From Candidatus Omnitrophota bacterium (GTDB lineage: Bacteria > Omnitrophota > Gorgyraeia > Zapsychrales > Fredricksoniimonadaceae): DNA of 64,000 nucleotides. The position numbers were made by a program, and so were the translations under genes. The DNA lies in contig JAGWKL010000008.1 in the NCBI GenBank assembly GCA_028865345.1, positions 9,291 through 73,290 on the forward strand, written 5' to 3'. The notes beneath the pieces are model-generated. The model was not told where the DNA came from and did not search any database. It worked only from the letters and a program-made list of their open reading frames with translations. This document shows positions 8,319 through 17,449 of this stretch, in pieces (position 1 is the first letter of the stretch; every line of letters begins with the position of its first letter).

Positions 8319-11300
8319 ATGTTCAAAAGACCGTTAAGTCTGCTCATTATTTTTGCTTTTGTTTTAACATCCATAGGCCCTCTTTGCCCTGTTCCATGCT
8401 CTGCAGCAGTGGATGGATTAGGCCTGCCGGCGCCTGGGACCATGGTCAATTTAAGCCCGGCCTACCAACCGGTCATCATCAGAGGTTTGACCGTCCATAA
8501 AGACAACCCTTTCTTGTTCGACTTTATCGTGGATACCGGCCAGGATCACATGTCCGGAGAGCCTTTGAAAAAAGAAGGCGAAAAGCTCATCAAGTATTTT
8601 TTAGCCTCCCTGAGCATCCCTGACAAAGACGTATGGGTCAACCTCTCACCTTATGAGAAAGACAAGATCATTCCTGAAGTTTTAGGCCGGACGGGTATGG
8701 GCCGCGACCTTCTGGAGGAGGACTATATCCTAAAGCAGGTCACAGCTTCTCTCATTTATCCGGAGAGGCAATTAGGCAAGACCTTCTGGGACACGGTGTA
8801 TGCCAAGGCCCGGGCTATGTACGGCACAACGCAGATACCGGTCAATACCTTTAACAAGGTCTGGATCATGGCAGACAGGGCGCAGGTTTATGAGCATGGG
8901 CAAACCGCCTTTGTGGTGGATAGTCATTTAAAGGTGATGCTGCAAGAGGATTACCTGGCCCTGAAAAATCACGAAGGAGCGGTCGCGCATCCCCAAGGGG
9001 CGAAGCAATCACATTCCCTTGTCTCTCAAATTGTCCGTCAAATCATCCTTCCCCAACTTGAAAAAGAAGTCAATACCGGCAAGAACTTCGCTAAGCTTAG
9101 ACAAATATTCAATTCCATCATCCTGGCCAACTGGTACAAGAGGAATTTAAAGCAGGCGCTTCTCAACCAGGTATATGCCGATAAAGGGAAGGTCAAAGGC
9201 ATAAATTTAAACGATCCCAACGTCAAGGAACGGATTTATGAGCAATACCTGAAAGCCTACAAAAAGGGGGTCTTCAATTATATTCAGGAGGACATTAACG
9301 CCTCCGATGGTGCAAAGATACCAAGAAAATATTTTTCAGGAGGTATCAATGAGGGCATGGCTGCTGATCCTGCCATAACCCATGATGCGGCGGCTTTGGC
9401 CGCATCCTTGCCCCGCAGGACCATGGTTGATTTTATGACTGAAGCTTCCCCCTATACGGATAGGGCCATGAGTCATCGGAATGCTGTAAAGACCAAAACG
9501 GATTACAGGACAAAAAAGGATTTGGAGTACCCGTCGATCGAAGATCAGATAAACATAATAGCGGGGGTCAGAAGGTCTGTTATGGAACATCCTCCTGTTA
9601 AAGGGCAAAATTCAAAATACAGAATCCGCATCCTGAGCGCCCAATTCCTTGAGAAAAAAAGTGAGACGGGCTATTTGGAAAGTTTATACAGGTCCCCCGC
9701 ACTGGAGCAATTAAGGGAAAAAGGATACGCATTGAAAAAGGACGACAACGGGCTTTATCTGGAACGTAAGATTATTTCCCGGGAAGATCTATTGCGTATT
9801 TTCGCAGGGGTCTTGGGGAAATTACGGAGGGATTATTGGAAGGATGTCGTGCCCTTATATGGGCAGGGCAAGCTGTCTGAGAAAGATGTCCGCAGGGTTT
9901 CTTATCCGTCGGCCGGCATGGGATTGATTAAAGATGCCGGTGCTGTTTTTGATAACGGCAGGCTCTTGACATCCGGCCGGGATATTCAACAAGTTATTGG
10001 TAAAAATGCTTTTGTGCTTTGGCCGGCGGACGGTCAGAAAAATCTTTCATTTGCACTGGTCTTTACCGGCCGGGGCGGGGCGGTTCTTGACGCGGCGAGG
10101 GCATCTAAACCCGATGCCGCCATGACCGGCAGGGGCAAAAAGACCCATCCTCTCTATTTGAAAGTGCAGTCTTTATTTTCACAACCGCTTCAATTTGCCG
10201 ATGCGGTGGCCCGCGTCCCCGGGAAAAATGGAGGGGATGAAATCCGTATTAAACGCGAAAGTCCGGGCAGTTATCTTGTTCAACGGACCCTGCTTCCCGG
10301 CCCCGTACGCATAGAAAACAGCCAGGATAAGAATTTTTCTTTTAACTTTGCAATACGGGGTGGCCAATTCGTTATAGCTACCAACGCCATGGCCCCGGAT
10401 AGCGTGAAGTTTGTTTTTGAGCAAAAGAAACTGGAATGGGGGCCGGATCAATCCGTCAAAGAGGAAGTAACGACTAAAAAAAGAGAAATAAGAAATCTCA
10501 GCCTTAATCACTTTAACAGGCTGGGCGGCCTTTCCAATGGAGAGAGGATAGAAATTAATTTCGGCTACTACACACAGAAAATAGTTTTGACCTACAGGGA
10601 TGGGAGTCTGTTTTTGGAAAAGCCCTTTGAGTTGTCATCGAGGAATTCGATTTCTTTTGAGAGAAAAGACGGGACATATATATTGCGGGCTTCGGCGCAT
10701 TCGCATTTTGATCAGGCGAACATCAAAATTTATGCTGATACGGAATTTTCTTACAGGCCGATGCTTCCGGGCGGGCAAGCCGACCGGGCGATGACAAGCG
10801 CTCAAAAAAGGGTCGAAAGCAGTTTGCAGGACTTGATCGGGGAGGGTTTAGGGGTCATACACCCGGAAATCCTGGGCATTCTATCCATACCGGCCGTTTT
10901 AAAGGGGGGGAAAATAAGGGATGTGGAAAGCATTTTTGTTCATTTGAGGCAATTTGTTCCGATAACCCAGGAAGGTAAAATGTGGAACTCCACATTAAAT
11001 GACGAAGAGGCTGCTTTTTTAACTTGGGCGGTGATGATCAGAGACCAAACTAAAATTGAGAAGCTCTTAAGAAATTTTTATGGCAAATTCTCTTTAGGAT
11101 TGAATAGAAGAATATACCGTAGCGAAGCCGTTTTTTTGACCGTGGCTGCGGCGATCAGGGGCGGGGATGACGCTGCCGGTGAGGTGGAAAATGATTTTGA
11201 ACGGTTTGTGACTCCGGTGGAGAAAGGCGGGTATGGGCTGAAAGGACATTTTGCAAGTCTATTGACGATCGCGGCGCAATTGATGGAAAGAAAAGATATT

Positions 11301-11789
11301 CAGCGGCTCATGGATGTTTATGATTATTGGCATGTGAAAAAACAACAGGGACCGGAAGTGGCGGCGGTGTTGTCCATGGCGACGGTGAGTAAGGGGGCGG
11401 ATATTGAAAATGGGGAACATGAGATTAAAGGCGACTTTAAATTTAAGAAGAAATTAAGTTTGGACGGCAGGGAAGTGGAGCTTAATGAAAAAGCCCGTTC
11501 CTTTCTTGCCCTTGCCTGCGCCTTGGCCGATACCTCCGACGCGGCGATGACGGGGGCCCCTTTCGTTCCTGCCATGGCCGCCCAAAATCCCGGCGGTATC
11601 GATTTGAGCACCTCCGGCGGCATGCAGTGGAAAATCCGCAAGGATGGAGCCGGCGTCGAAATGAACATCGACCCTGCCATGGCGGCACGGATACGGGCGC
11701 GCGGCATCGACGGGCTTTCGCCGGTTATTTTCAAGATCACGCCGGTTACCGACGTCTGGGTGCTGGCCGGCTTGAAAGCCCCCGCCTGA
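8319..11789 (+). CDS. Giant secreted protein A (about 1156 aa mature). Unassigned family; paralog of the protein at 55660-59340.
   Basis: Signal peptide MFKRPLSLLIIFAFVLTSIGPLCPVPCSAA. About 330 aa after it align with paralog B (PGxMVNLSP, KYFLASLxIPD, VNLSPYEK, MGRDLLExDYILKQ, VNTFNKVWI, SHLKVMLxEDYLxLK, KKGVFNYIxED, IPRKYFxGG). The ORF stays open back to a GTG at 8241, but the ATG at 8319 starts the signal peptide. Confidence 0.7.
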   Translation: MFKRPLSLLIIFAFVLTSIGPLCPVPCSAAVDGLGLPAPGTMVNLSPAYQPVIIRGLTVHKDNPFLFDFIVDTGQDHMSGEPLKKEGEKLIKYFLASLSIPDKDVWVNLSPYEKDKIIPEVLGRTGMGRDLLEEDYILKQVTASLIYPERQLGKTFWDTVYAKARAMYGTTQIPVNTFNKVWIMADRAQVYEHGQTAFVVDSHLKVMLQEDYLALKNHEGAVAHPQGAKQSHSLVSQIVRQIILPQLEKEVNTGKNFAKLRQIFNSIILANWYKRNLKQALLNQVYADKGKVKGINLNDPNVKERIYEQYLKAYKKGVFNYIQEDINASDGAKIPRKYFSGGINEGMAADPAITHDAAALAASLPRRTMVDFMTEASPYTDRAMSHRNAVKTKTDYRTKKDLEYPSIEDQINIIAGVRRSVMEHPPVKGQNSKYRIRILSAQFLEKKSETGYLESLYRSPALEQLREKGYALKKDDNGLYLERKIISREDLLRIFAGVLGKLRRDYWKDVVPLYGQGKLSEKDVRRVSYPSAGMGLIKDAGAVFDNGRLLTSGRDIQQVIGKNAFVLWPADGQKNLSFALVFTGRGGAVLDAARASKPDAAMTGRGKKTHPLYLKVQSLFSQPLQFADAVARVPGKNGGDEIRIKRESPGSYLVQRTLLPGPVRIENSQDKNFSFNFAIRGGQFVIATNAMAPDSVKFVFEQKKLEWGPDQSVKEEVTTKKREIRNLSLNHFNRLGGLSNGERIEINFGYYTQKIVLTYRDGSLFLEKPFELSSRNSISFERKDGTYILRASAHSHFDQANIKIYADTEFSYRPMLPGGQADRAMTSAQKRVESSLQDLIGEGLGVIHPEILGILSIPAVLKGGKIRDVESIFVHLRQFVPITQEGKMWNSTLNDEEAAFLTWAVMIRDQTKIEKLLRNFYGKFSLGLNRRIYRSEAVFLTVAAAIRGGDDAAGEVENDFERFVTPVEKGGYGLKGHFASLLTIAAQLMERKDIQRLMDVYDYWHVKKQQGPEVAAVLSMATVSKGADIENGEHEIKGDFKFKKKLSLDGREVELNEKARSFLALACALADTSDAAMTGAPFVPAMAAQNPGGIDLSTSGGMQWKIRKDGAGVEMNIDPAMAARIRARGIDGLSPVIFKITPVTDVWVLAGLKAPA

Positions 11790-11908
11790 TAAAATCCCCC
11801 TCTTTTATTCAAATCATTTTTTTGCAAAGAAAATTGACATTGAAAAAAACAGAAGTAAGATAAAAGTATAAATATTTCACTAACAATTTAAGGGCTAAAG
11901 GATGATTT

Positions 11909-12397
11909 ATGAAAAATCTGGTGCTGGTCGTGGTGGCGGTATTTGTACTGACAACGTTTATCGGCTGCAACAAAAAGAAAGAGCAAGAAGCTTTTGACAA
12001 CGGGGTTTCCACGGAAAATTCAGTTTCTGTTTCTGACAATTCCGCTCAAAATGTTGATATGAGCAACTCTATTCCTGTCGTCGTTGAAAATTCATCGGCC
12101 GCTTCCCAGGAGGTCAGCGAGCCTGCCATGGCCCCCAGTTCCGCGACGGGCACGGCCAGGCCCTCCAACAGTAAACAAATCCAGCAGGCCTTGAAAAACG
12201 CCGGCTTTTACAGCGGCGCCATCGATGGCAAGATCGGGCCGATGACCAAAAGGGCCGTCGAAGCTTTTCAGAAAAAGAACGGTTTGAAAGCCGACGGCAA
12301 GGTCGGTCCGAAAACATGGCAGGTTCTGTCCGGTTATTTAAATAAGGATGCGGAGGTGCCTAATCCTTCCGCCGAGAGTCAGGCCGTCGCGCAGTAA
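11909..12397 (+). CDS. Lipoprotein with a C-terminal peptidoglycan-binding (PG_binding_1-like) domain.
   Basis: Lipobox TTFIGC. C-terminal IQQALKNAGFYSGAIDGKIGPMTKRAVEAFQKKNGLKADGKVGPKTW matches the PG-binding repeat. Confidence 0.7.
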   Translation: MKNLVLVVVAVFVLTTFIGCNKKKEQEAFDNGVSTENSVSVSDNSAQNVDMSNSIPVVVENSSAASQEVSEPAMAPSSATGTARPSNSKQIQQALKNAGFYSGAIDGKIGPMTKRAVEAFQKKNGLKADGKVGPKTWQVLSGYLNKDAEVPNPSAESQAVAQ

Positions 12398-12489
12398 GAA
12401 TCATTTGACAAGAAAATAAAAGTGAGGCATACTTTTATCAGTAAAAATGCGCCAGGTGTGTCACGTACAAGTCAAGGAGGATCAAGGTA

Positions 12490-12693
12490 ATGGCAAAAGG
12501 TAAAGTCAAATGGTTCAACAATCAAAAAGGTTATGGTTTCATCACTCCCGAGAACGGCAAGGATGTTTTTGTCCATCACACTGCGATCAAATCAGACGGT
12601 TACAGGACCCTTGAAGAAGGCCAGGAAGTCGAATTTGACATTCAACAGGGCCCCAAGGGCGAGCAAGCCGTGAATGTTACTAAAGCATCATAA
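12490..12693 (+). CDS. cspA: Cold-shock protein, CspA family.
   Basis: [33 protein letters not shown] with RNP1/RNP2 motifs. 67 aa. Confidence 0.95.
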   Translation: MAKGKVKWFNNQKGYGFITPENGKDVFVHHTAIKSDGYRTLEEGQEVEFDIQQGPKGEQAVNVTKAS

Positions 12694-12710
12694 ACGCATG
12701 CGATTTCTAA

Positions 12711-12743
12711 GGCCCCGCCCCTAAAGCGGGGCCTATTTTTTTT
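12711..12743 (+). terminator. Rho-independent terminator after cspA.
   Basis: GGCCCCGC / GCGGGGCC 8-bp GC stem followed by a T10 tract. Confidence 0.85.
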
Positions 12744-12753
12744 GAAAGTTTTT

Positions 12754-13404
12754 ATGCCCGAAAAATTGATACGTGAAAAATTGCATCTTCCGTCAAACGG
12801 GGACAAGCTTCTGTTGCATTCCTGCTGCGCTCCCTGTTCGGCGGAATTAATGGAAGCGCTTTTGGAGTCGAAGATCGATTTTACCATTTTTTTCTACAAC
12901 CCCAACATCCATCCCCGTCAGGAATACGAGATCCGTAAAAATGAAAACATTAAATTCGCCCGGAAAATGAACATTCCCTTTGTGGACGCTGATTATGACA
13001 CCTCCAATTGGTTCGCGCGCGTCAAGGGCCTTGAATTCGAGCCGGAGAAGGGTGCCCGCTGCAGCGCCTGTTTTAACATGCGTTTTGAACGCACGGCGCT
13101 TTATGCCCATGAGCATGGTTTCAGGACCATTGTTTCGTCGCTGGGGATATCCCGCTGGAAAGACATGGACCAGGTCAATGAATGCGGCGCCAAAGCTGCG
13201 GCGCGTTACGAAGGCATGACCTACTGGACCTATAACTGGCGTAAAAAGGGGGGATCGGCCAGGATGTACGAAATTTCCAAGCGTGAAGAATTTTATCAGC
13301 AGGAATACTGCGGTTGCGTCTATTCCTTAAGGGACACCAACATGTATCGCGTCAGCAAAGGTCTGGCCCGCATTGAAATTGGAAAAAAATTCTATCAAAG
13401 TTGA
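12754..13404 (+). CDS. queH: Epoxyqueuosine reductase QueH (DUF208 family).
   Basis: [12 protein letters not shown]-terminal cysteine motif and conserved CxxC...EYCGCVYS, characteristic of QueH. ATG 12754 is preferred to the TTG at 12742. Confidence 0.8.
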   Translation: MPEKLIREKLHLPSNGDKLLLHSCCAPCSAELMEALLESKIDFTIFFYNPNIHPRQEYEIRKNENIKFARKMNIPFVDADYDTSNWFARVKGLEFEPEKGARCSACFNMRFERTALYAHEHGFRTIVSSLGISRWKDMDQVNECGAKAAARYEGMTYWTYNWRKKGGSARMYEISKREEFYQQEYCGCVYSLRDTNMYRVSKGLARIEIGKKFYQS

Positions 13405-13405
13405 A

Positions 13406-13846
13406 ATGCCCTCGAGGCCGCCGAAGGTCACCGCTTCAGCCGGCGGAGTGGTCCTCAACGCCCGGGGAATGGTTTTGGTCATCAACCAAAATAAAAATTC
13501 CTGGTCCCTGCCCAAAGGCCATATTGAGCCCGGCGAGGAACCGCTCGACGCTGCCGTCCGTGAGATCATGGAAGAATCCGGGGTGGCTGATCTTGAATTT
13601 CTTAAAATATTAGGGACCTATGGGCGTTATAAAATAGGTAAAAATATCCAGGATGACAAACTTGAATGGAAGCTGCTGATATTCTTTTTATTCAAGACCG
13701 GACAAAATGAGTTAAAACCGCAGGACCCCCACCATCCGGAGGCCCGGTGGGTGGCCCCCGATGAAGTCGTCAATTTATTGACCCATCCCAAAGACAAGGC
13801 GTTTTTCAAAAGCATCCGTTCGCAAATCGGAAATGGATCCCGTTGA
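13406..13846 (+). CDS. NUDIX hydrolase.
   Basis: Nudix box GHIEPGEEPLDAAVREIMEESGV. ATG 13406 is immediately after the queH stop. Confidence 0.8.
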   Translation: MPSRPPKVTASAGGVVLNARGMVLVINQNKNSWSLPKGHIEPGEEPLDAAVREIMEESGVADLEFLKILGTYGRYKIGKNIQDDKLEWKLLIFFLFKTGQNELKPQDPHHPEARWVAPDEVVNLLTHPKDKAFFKSIRSQIGNGSR

Positions 13847-14984
13847 TTACACTCAGGACTTTTCTTTAGACCCGGCTCACGTGTGGCTGAATGTGGCCAG
13901 TGAAGGGCCTCTGCCTAAAAAAGCCGCCGCCGCTTTACAAGAGGCCGTGGCCTGGAAATCCGCGGTGCATTTATTGACCGTTTCAAAATTTCAAACGGTC
14001 CCTCTGGAATTAAAGAAAACCATCGCGCGCCTTATCCGGGTGGACCACGGGGACGTGATCCTGGGCAACAGCGCCACCTACGGGCTGCACCTTTTGGCCA
14101 ACGGGCTTCAATTCAAAGCCGGGGATGAGGTCCTCCTTTTGCAGGATGATTTCCCGACGGACATTCTGCCGTGGCTGTCCCTGCAGTCCAGAGGCGTTGT
14201 TGTCCGCCAGCTTAAAGCCCAACACCATGTCCTGAGTTGCCGGGAGCTTGAAGAGGCTTTTTGCGCCCGGACAAAATTGGTCTGCCTGCCGCTTGTCCAT
14301 TCATTCACGGGATTTAAACAGGACATCGGCGCCGTCAGCAAACTATGCCGTAGTCGGGGCATTCTATGCGTTGCCAATTTGAGCCAGGCGGCCGGGGCCT
14401 TTGAGATCGACCTGCGGCAATGGCAGGTGGATGCGGTGGTTTGCGCCGGATATAAATGGCTGTTGGGCCCTTACGGGACCGGGTTTTGCTGGATAAGGCA
14501 AGAGGTGCGACGGCAATTGAACTATGCCCAAAATTACTGGATCAGCCTCATGGATGAAAGCAGCCTCAATGCGCAGGGGCCGCTTACTCTTAAGGACGAC
14601 CGTTCGGCCAGGCGGTATGATGTTTTCGGTACCGCTAATTTCTTTAATTTTGTGCCGTGGCACTCGTCCATTGAGTTTTTATTATCCATGGGGCTTCAAT
14701 CAGTCGAGCGGCATAACCGGTCATTGGTCGATCAACTGGTCGATGGGCTTGACTTGGGTTTGTTCGATCTGGTCAGTCCCGCGGCCCGCAATGAAAGGAC
14801 CAATATCGTCGTTTTCTCCTGCAAGGACCCTTCCCGCAACAAGGGACTGTTCGATCTTCTAAGTGCACAGGGTTTTCATTTGGCCCTTTGGAAAAACAAC
14901 TTGAGGGCATCTCCCCATATCTATAACACGCCCCAGGAAATAGTAAATCTGCTTAAGGCCCTTGATGCCTGTGCGGCAAAATAA
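13833..14984 (+). CDS. Aminotransferase class V (cysteine desulfurase / isopenicillin-N epimerase-like PLP enzyme).
   Basis: Class-V fold with PLP-lysine motif CAGYKWLLGPYGTG. Confidence 0.7.
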   Translation: MDPVDYTQDFSLDPAHVWLNVASEGPLPKKAAAALQEAVAWKSAVHLLTVSKFQTVPLELKKTIARLIRVDHGDVILGNSATYGLHLLANGLQFKAGDEVLLLQDDFPTDILPWLSLQSRGVVVRQLKAQHHVLSCRELEEAFCARTKLVCLPLVHSFTGFKQDIGAVSKLCRSRGILCVANLSQAAGAFEIDLRQWQVDAVVCAGYKWLLGPYGTGFCWIRQEVRRQLNYAQNYWISLMDESSLNAQGPLTLKDDRSARRYDVFGTANFFNFVPWHSSIEFLLSMGLQSVERHNRSLVDQLVDGLDLGLFDLVSPAARNERTNIVVFSCKDPSRNKGLFDLLSAQGFHLALWKNNLRASPHIYNTPQEIVNLLKALDACAAK

Positions 14985-15083
14985 AAAATATCCATAAAGG
15001 CCCGCGCAGGCTATAATGTGTCTTAATTAAAATTTCATCTTTTCCTTATTATAATTTTATAGAAACGATATAGGATCGTTATA

Positions 15084-15785
15084 ATGTCCAAGAAGAAGAT
15101 CCTCGTAGTCGAAGACGACCGCGATATCAGCGAACTTATTGCCTATAATCTTCAACGTGAAGGTTATGATGTGGCCTGTCTGTACGACGGCGCTCAGGTG
15201 GTGGACTTTGTCCGCAAGCGAAAGCCTGAATTGATCGTCCTGGATTTAATGCTGCCGGAAATCGACGGGATCGAGATCTGCCGTACCCTCAAAAGCGACG
15301 CCTCGACCGGGCATATCCCCATTGTCATGCTGACCGCCAAAGGCGAGGAGGCTGATGTGGTGGTGGGGCTGCAGATGGGGGCGGATGATTACATACCCAA
15401 ACCTTTCAGCCCCAAGGTCCTTGTGGCGCGGATCAAGGCCATCGGCCGCCGCACCTTGGATTTGAAACTGTCTTCCGCGGCGGCCCAGGATATCCGTAAT
15501 TTCGGTGAATTCAACATGGACCTGCTTAAGCACCGTATTTCCTACAAAGGCAGGGAAGTCAAATTGACCTCCATTGAATTTGATATCGTCGAATTCCTTT
15601 CCCGGACGCCCGGCAGGGTGTGGTCCCGCGAACAGATCCTGGACAATGTCTGGAAAGACGGGAAATTCATCATAGACCGCGCCGTCGATGTGCACATCAG
15701 GGGCTTGCGTAAAAAACTTCGGGAGGCTGAGAATTACATCGAAACGGTCAGGGGAGTCGGGTATCGATTTAAGGAAGTTGAATGA
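15084..15785 (+). CDS. OmpR/PhoB-family response regulator.
   Basis: Receiver domain (ILVVEDDRDI...LIVLDLMLPEIDG...KPFSPKVL) plus winged-helix C-domain (VHIRGLRKKL). Closest in pattern to PhoB. Confidence 0.9.
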   Translation: MSKKKILVVEDDRDISELIAYNLQREGYDVACLYDGAQVVDFVRKRKPELIVLDLMLPEIDGIEICRTLKSDASTGHIPIVMLTAKGEEADVVVGLQMGADDYIPKPFSPKVLVARIKAIGRRTLDLKLSSAAAQDIRNFGEFNMDLLKHRISYKGREVKLTSIEFDIVEFLSRTPGRVWSREQILDNVWKDGKFIIDRAVDVHIRGLRKKLREAENYIETVRGVGYRFKEVE

Positions 15786-16966
15786 TCTATCTTCTCTGTT
15801 TTACCGTTGTTTTGGTCGCCCTGCTGGTCTTTTTGCTTTCGCGCCGCTTCTATCAACGCCGCATTTCCCAGATCCGTTATTCCCACGATAATGTCCGTGA
15901 CGATTATCTAAAACAGCTCACCACCTCAAGCGTCCAGCGTGAAAATTTCGAGACCATCCTCTCCAGCATGGTGGAAGGGGTCATTGTCATTGATGCCAAG
16001 GGCAGGATCCAGCATGCCAGTCCCAATTTCTGCCAATTGTTGGAATTGCGTTCCAAAGAGACCCAGGGCAAATTATACTGGGAAGTCATCTGGAACCAGG
16101 AGATCAACGATTCTCTCAGGGAGGCCCTTGCGCATAAGCGGGCCGTCAGAAAGGAGATCGGTATCCTGGATGCGCAGGAATCTTTTTTCAGCATGCAGAT
16201 CTCTCCTGTCATGGGCAAGGAAGACAAGCTTTTGAGTTTGATCGCGGTCTTCCACGACATTACCGAATTAAAGAAATTGGAGAAGGTCCGTACGGAGTTT
16301 GTGGCCAATGTGTCCCACGAATTAAAGACCCCCCTGACCGCCATCAAGGGTTTTGTGGAAACTTTGAGGAATTCCGTCAATGATGATCCTGCCGCCGTGG
16401 CGCGTTTTCTGGACATCATCAGCAAGCAGACCCAGCGCCTGGAGAATCTGGTCAGCGATCTTCTGATCCTGTCTTCCATTGAATCAAGGGAAGTCAGAAT
16501 GAATTTTGTGCCGGAGCCTTTAAGCCCGATTGTCGGTACTGTTGTGGCCTTGCAGAAAAAAGCCATCGAAGCCAAGGGGCATCGCCTCACCGTGGATGTG
16601 CCGGAGAGCCTTCCCAAGGTGTTGGTGGACCGCCAGCGGATGGAACAGGTGTTTTTGAACCTGCTGGACAATGCCGTCAAATTCACCCCGCCCGCAGGGC
16701 AGATCGCTGTCCGGGCGCGGTGGGAAAATCCTTATGTATGCGTTGAAGTCCAAGACAGCGGGGTGGGGATCCCTGCCGAGCACCTTTCACGGGTGTTTGA
16801 ACGTTTCTACAAGATCGATAAGTCCCGTTCCAGGGATGCCGGCGGGACGGGGTTGGGTTTGGCCATCGTCAAACATATCATTTCCGCCCATCAGGGGAAA
16901 ATTGAAGTTGAAAGCGCCGTGGACCAGGGTTCAACTTTCCGTATTTTCCTGCCTTGCCAGAATTAA
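15782..16966 (+). CDS. Sensor histidine kinase, PhoR-like (TM, PAS, HisKA, HATPase).
   Basis: H-box SHELKTPLTAIKGF. N, G1 and G2 boxes (LLDNAVKF, DSGVGIP, GGTGLGLAIV). ATGA overlap with the response-regulator gene. Confidence 0.9.
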   Translation: MIYLLCFTVVLVALLVFLLSRRFYQRRISQIRYSHDNVRDDYLKQLTTSSVQRENFETILSSMVEGVIVIDAKGRIQHASPNFCQLLELRSKETQGKLYWEVIWNQEINDSLREALAHKRAVRKEIGILDAQESFFSMQISPVMGKEDKLLSLIAVFHDITELKKLEKVRTEFVANVSHELKTPLTAIKGFVETLRNSVNDDPAAVARFLDIISKQTQRLENLVSDLLILSSIESREVRMNFVPEPLSPIVGTVVALQKKAIEAKGHRLTVDVPESLPKVLVDRQRMEQVFLNLLDNAVKFTPPAGQIAVRARWENPYVCVEVQDSGVGIPAEHLSRVFERFYKIDKSRSRDAGGTGLGLAIVKHIISAHQGKIEVESAVDQGSTFRIFLPCQN

Positions 16967-16983
16967 TATGATATAATTAAACT

Positions 16984-17442
16984 ATGATTAGACTTTCAAT
17001 GGTTTTCTTTGCCTTTTTCTTGATGATGTCCTCATGTTCCTTGGCCTCCGGCATCAACGACGCCAAATTAAAACAAAAATACGGCTCGCAACTCACCCAC
17101 GCGCCCTTTTTCCTGCGCTATGCTTTTTTAAAAACCTACGGTGAGGATTGGGCGGACAGCAGTTATTCCCAACGGGAACCATTTCTTATGGACTATGAGA
17201 AAAACTTAGGCGTTGAAATGGCCCGGGAGAAAGCGGAGGACAGGGCCGAAGCCCAGGAGGAAAAACAACGCCAGGATGAGAGGAAGGACGAATTGCGCAA
17301 GGAAAGAGATAGGATAAAAGCCCAGTTGGATGAGGAAAAGGCTGAAGAAAAAGCGGACGAAGAACGCCAGAAATCATTCCAAAATCTTGTCAAAGACCAG
17401 GAAAGAAGTCTCCATTCGTTGGAACGGCAAGTTGTCCATTAA
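16984..17442 (+). CDS. Lipoprotein with a highly charged Glu/Lys/Arg-rich coiled-coil tail.
   Basis: Lipobox LMMSSC. C-terminal AEDRAEAQEEKQRQDERKDELRKERDRIKAQLDEEKAEEKADEERQ. Confidence 0.5.
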   Translation: MIRLSMVFFAFFLMMSSCSLASGINDAKLKQKYGSQLTHAPFFLRYAFLKTYGEDWADSSYSQREPFLMDYEKNLGVEMAREKAEDRAEAQEEKQRQDERKDELRKERDRIKAQLDEEKAEEKADEERQKSFQNLVKDQERSLHSLERQVVH

Positions 17443-17449
17443 GAAAAAA

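Noticed and set aside
11324-11827. 167-aa ORF on the minus strand antisense to the 3' end of giant gene A. Similar long antisense ORFs occur at 53188-54075 (295 aa, antisense to hemN), 15904-16686 (260 aa, antisense to the histidine kinase gene), 46144-46998 (284 aa, antisense to acs) and 43426-44247 (273 aa, antisense to hypE).
   Set aside because: All lie entirely inside well-supported sense genes with recognisable domains. Their translations are low-complexity (Arg/Pro/Ala/Gly-rich) with no motifs. They are the expected shadow ORFs of moderately GC-rich coding DNA.
12398-12489. cspA 5' UTR as a possible cold-box or thermosensor.
   Set aside because: A TTGACA box with a plausible -10 is present, but the UTR is only about 60 nt. 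It lacks the long structured leader characteristic of enterobacterial cspA thermosensors. Nothing beyond an ordinary promoter can be supported from the sequence.
14985-15083. Pho-box upstream of the PhoB-like response regulator.
   Set aside because: The AT-rich region was inspected for CTGTCAT-type direct repeats and none were found. No pst/phoU genes are adjacent, so the Pho assignment of the two-component pair itself remains only family-level.
17330-17449. Lys/Arg-rich N-terminal extension of the HAD hydrolase ORF (MRKRLKKKRTKNARNHSK...).
   Set aside because: It overlaps the 3' end of the preceding coiled-coil lipoprotein gene in another frame. It is simply the alternative-frame reading of a GAA/AAG-rich sequence. 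ATG 17450 directly precedes HAD motif I.
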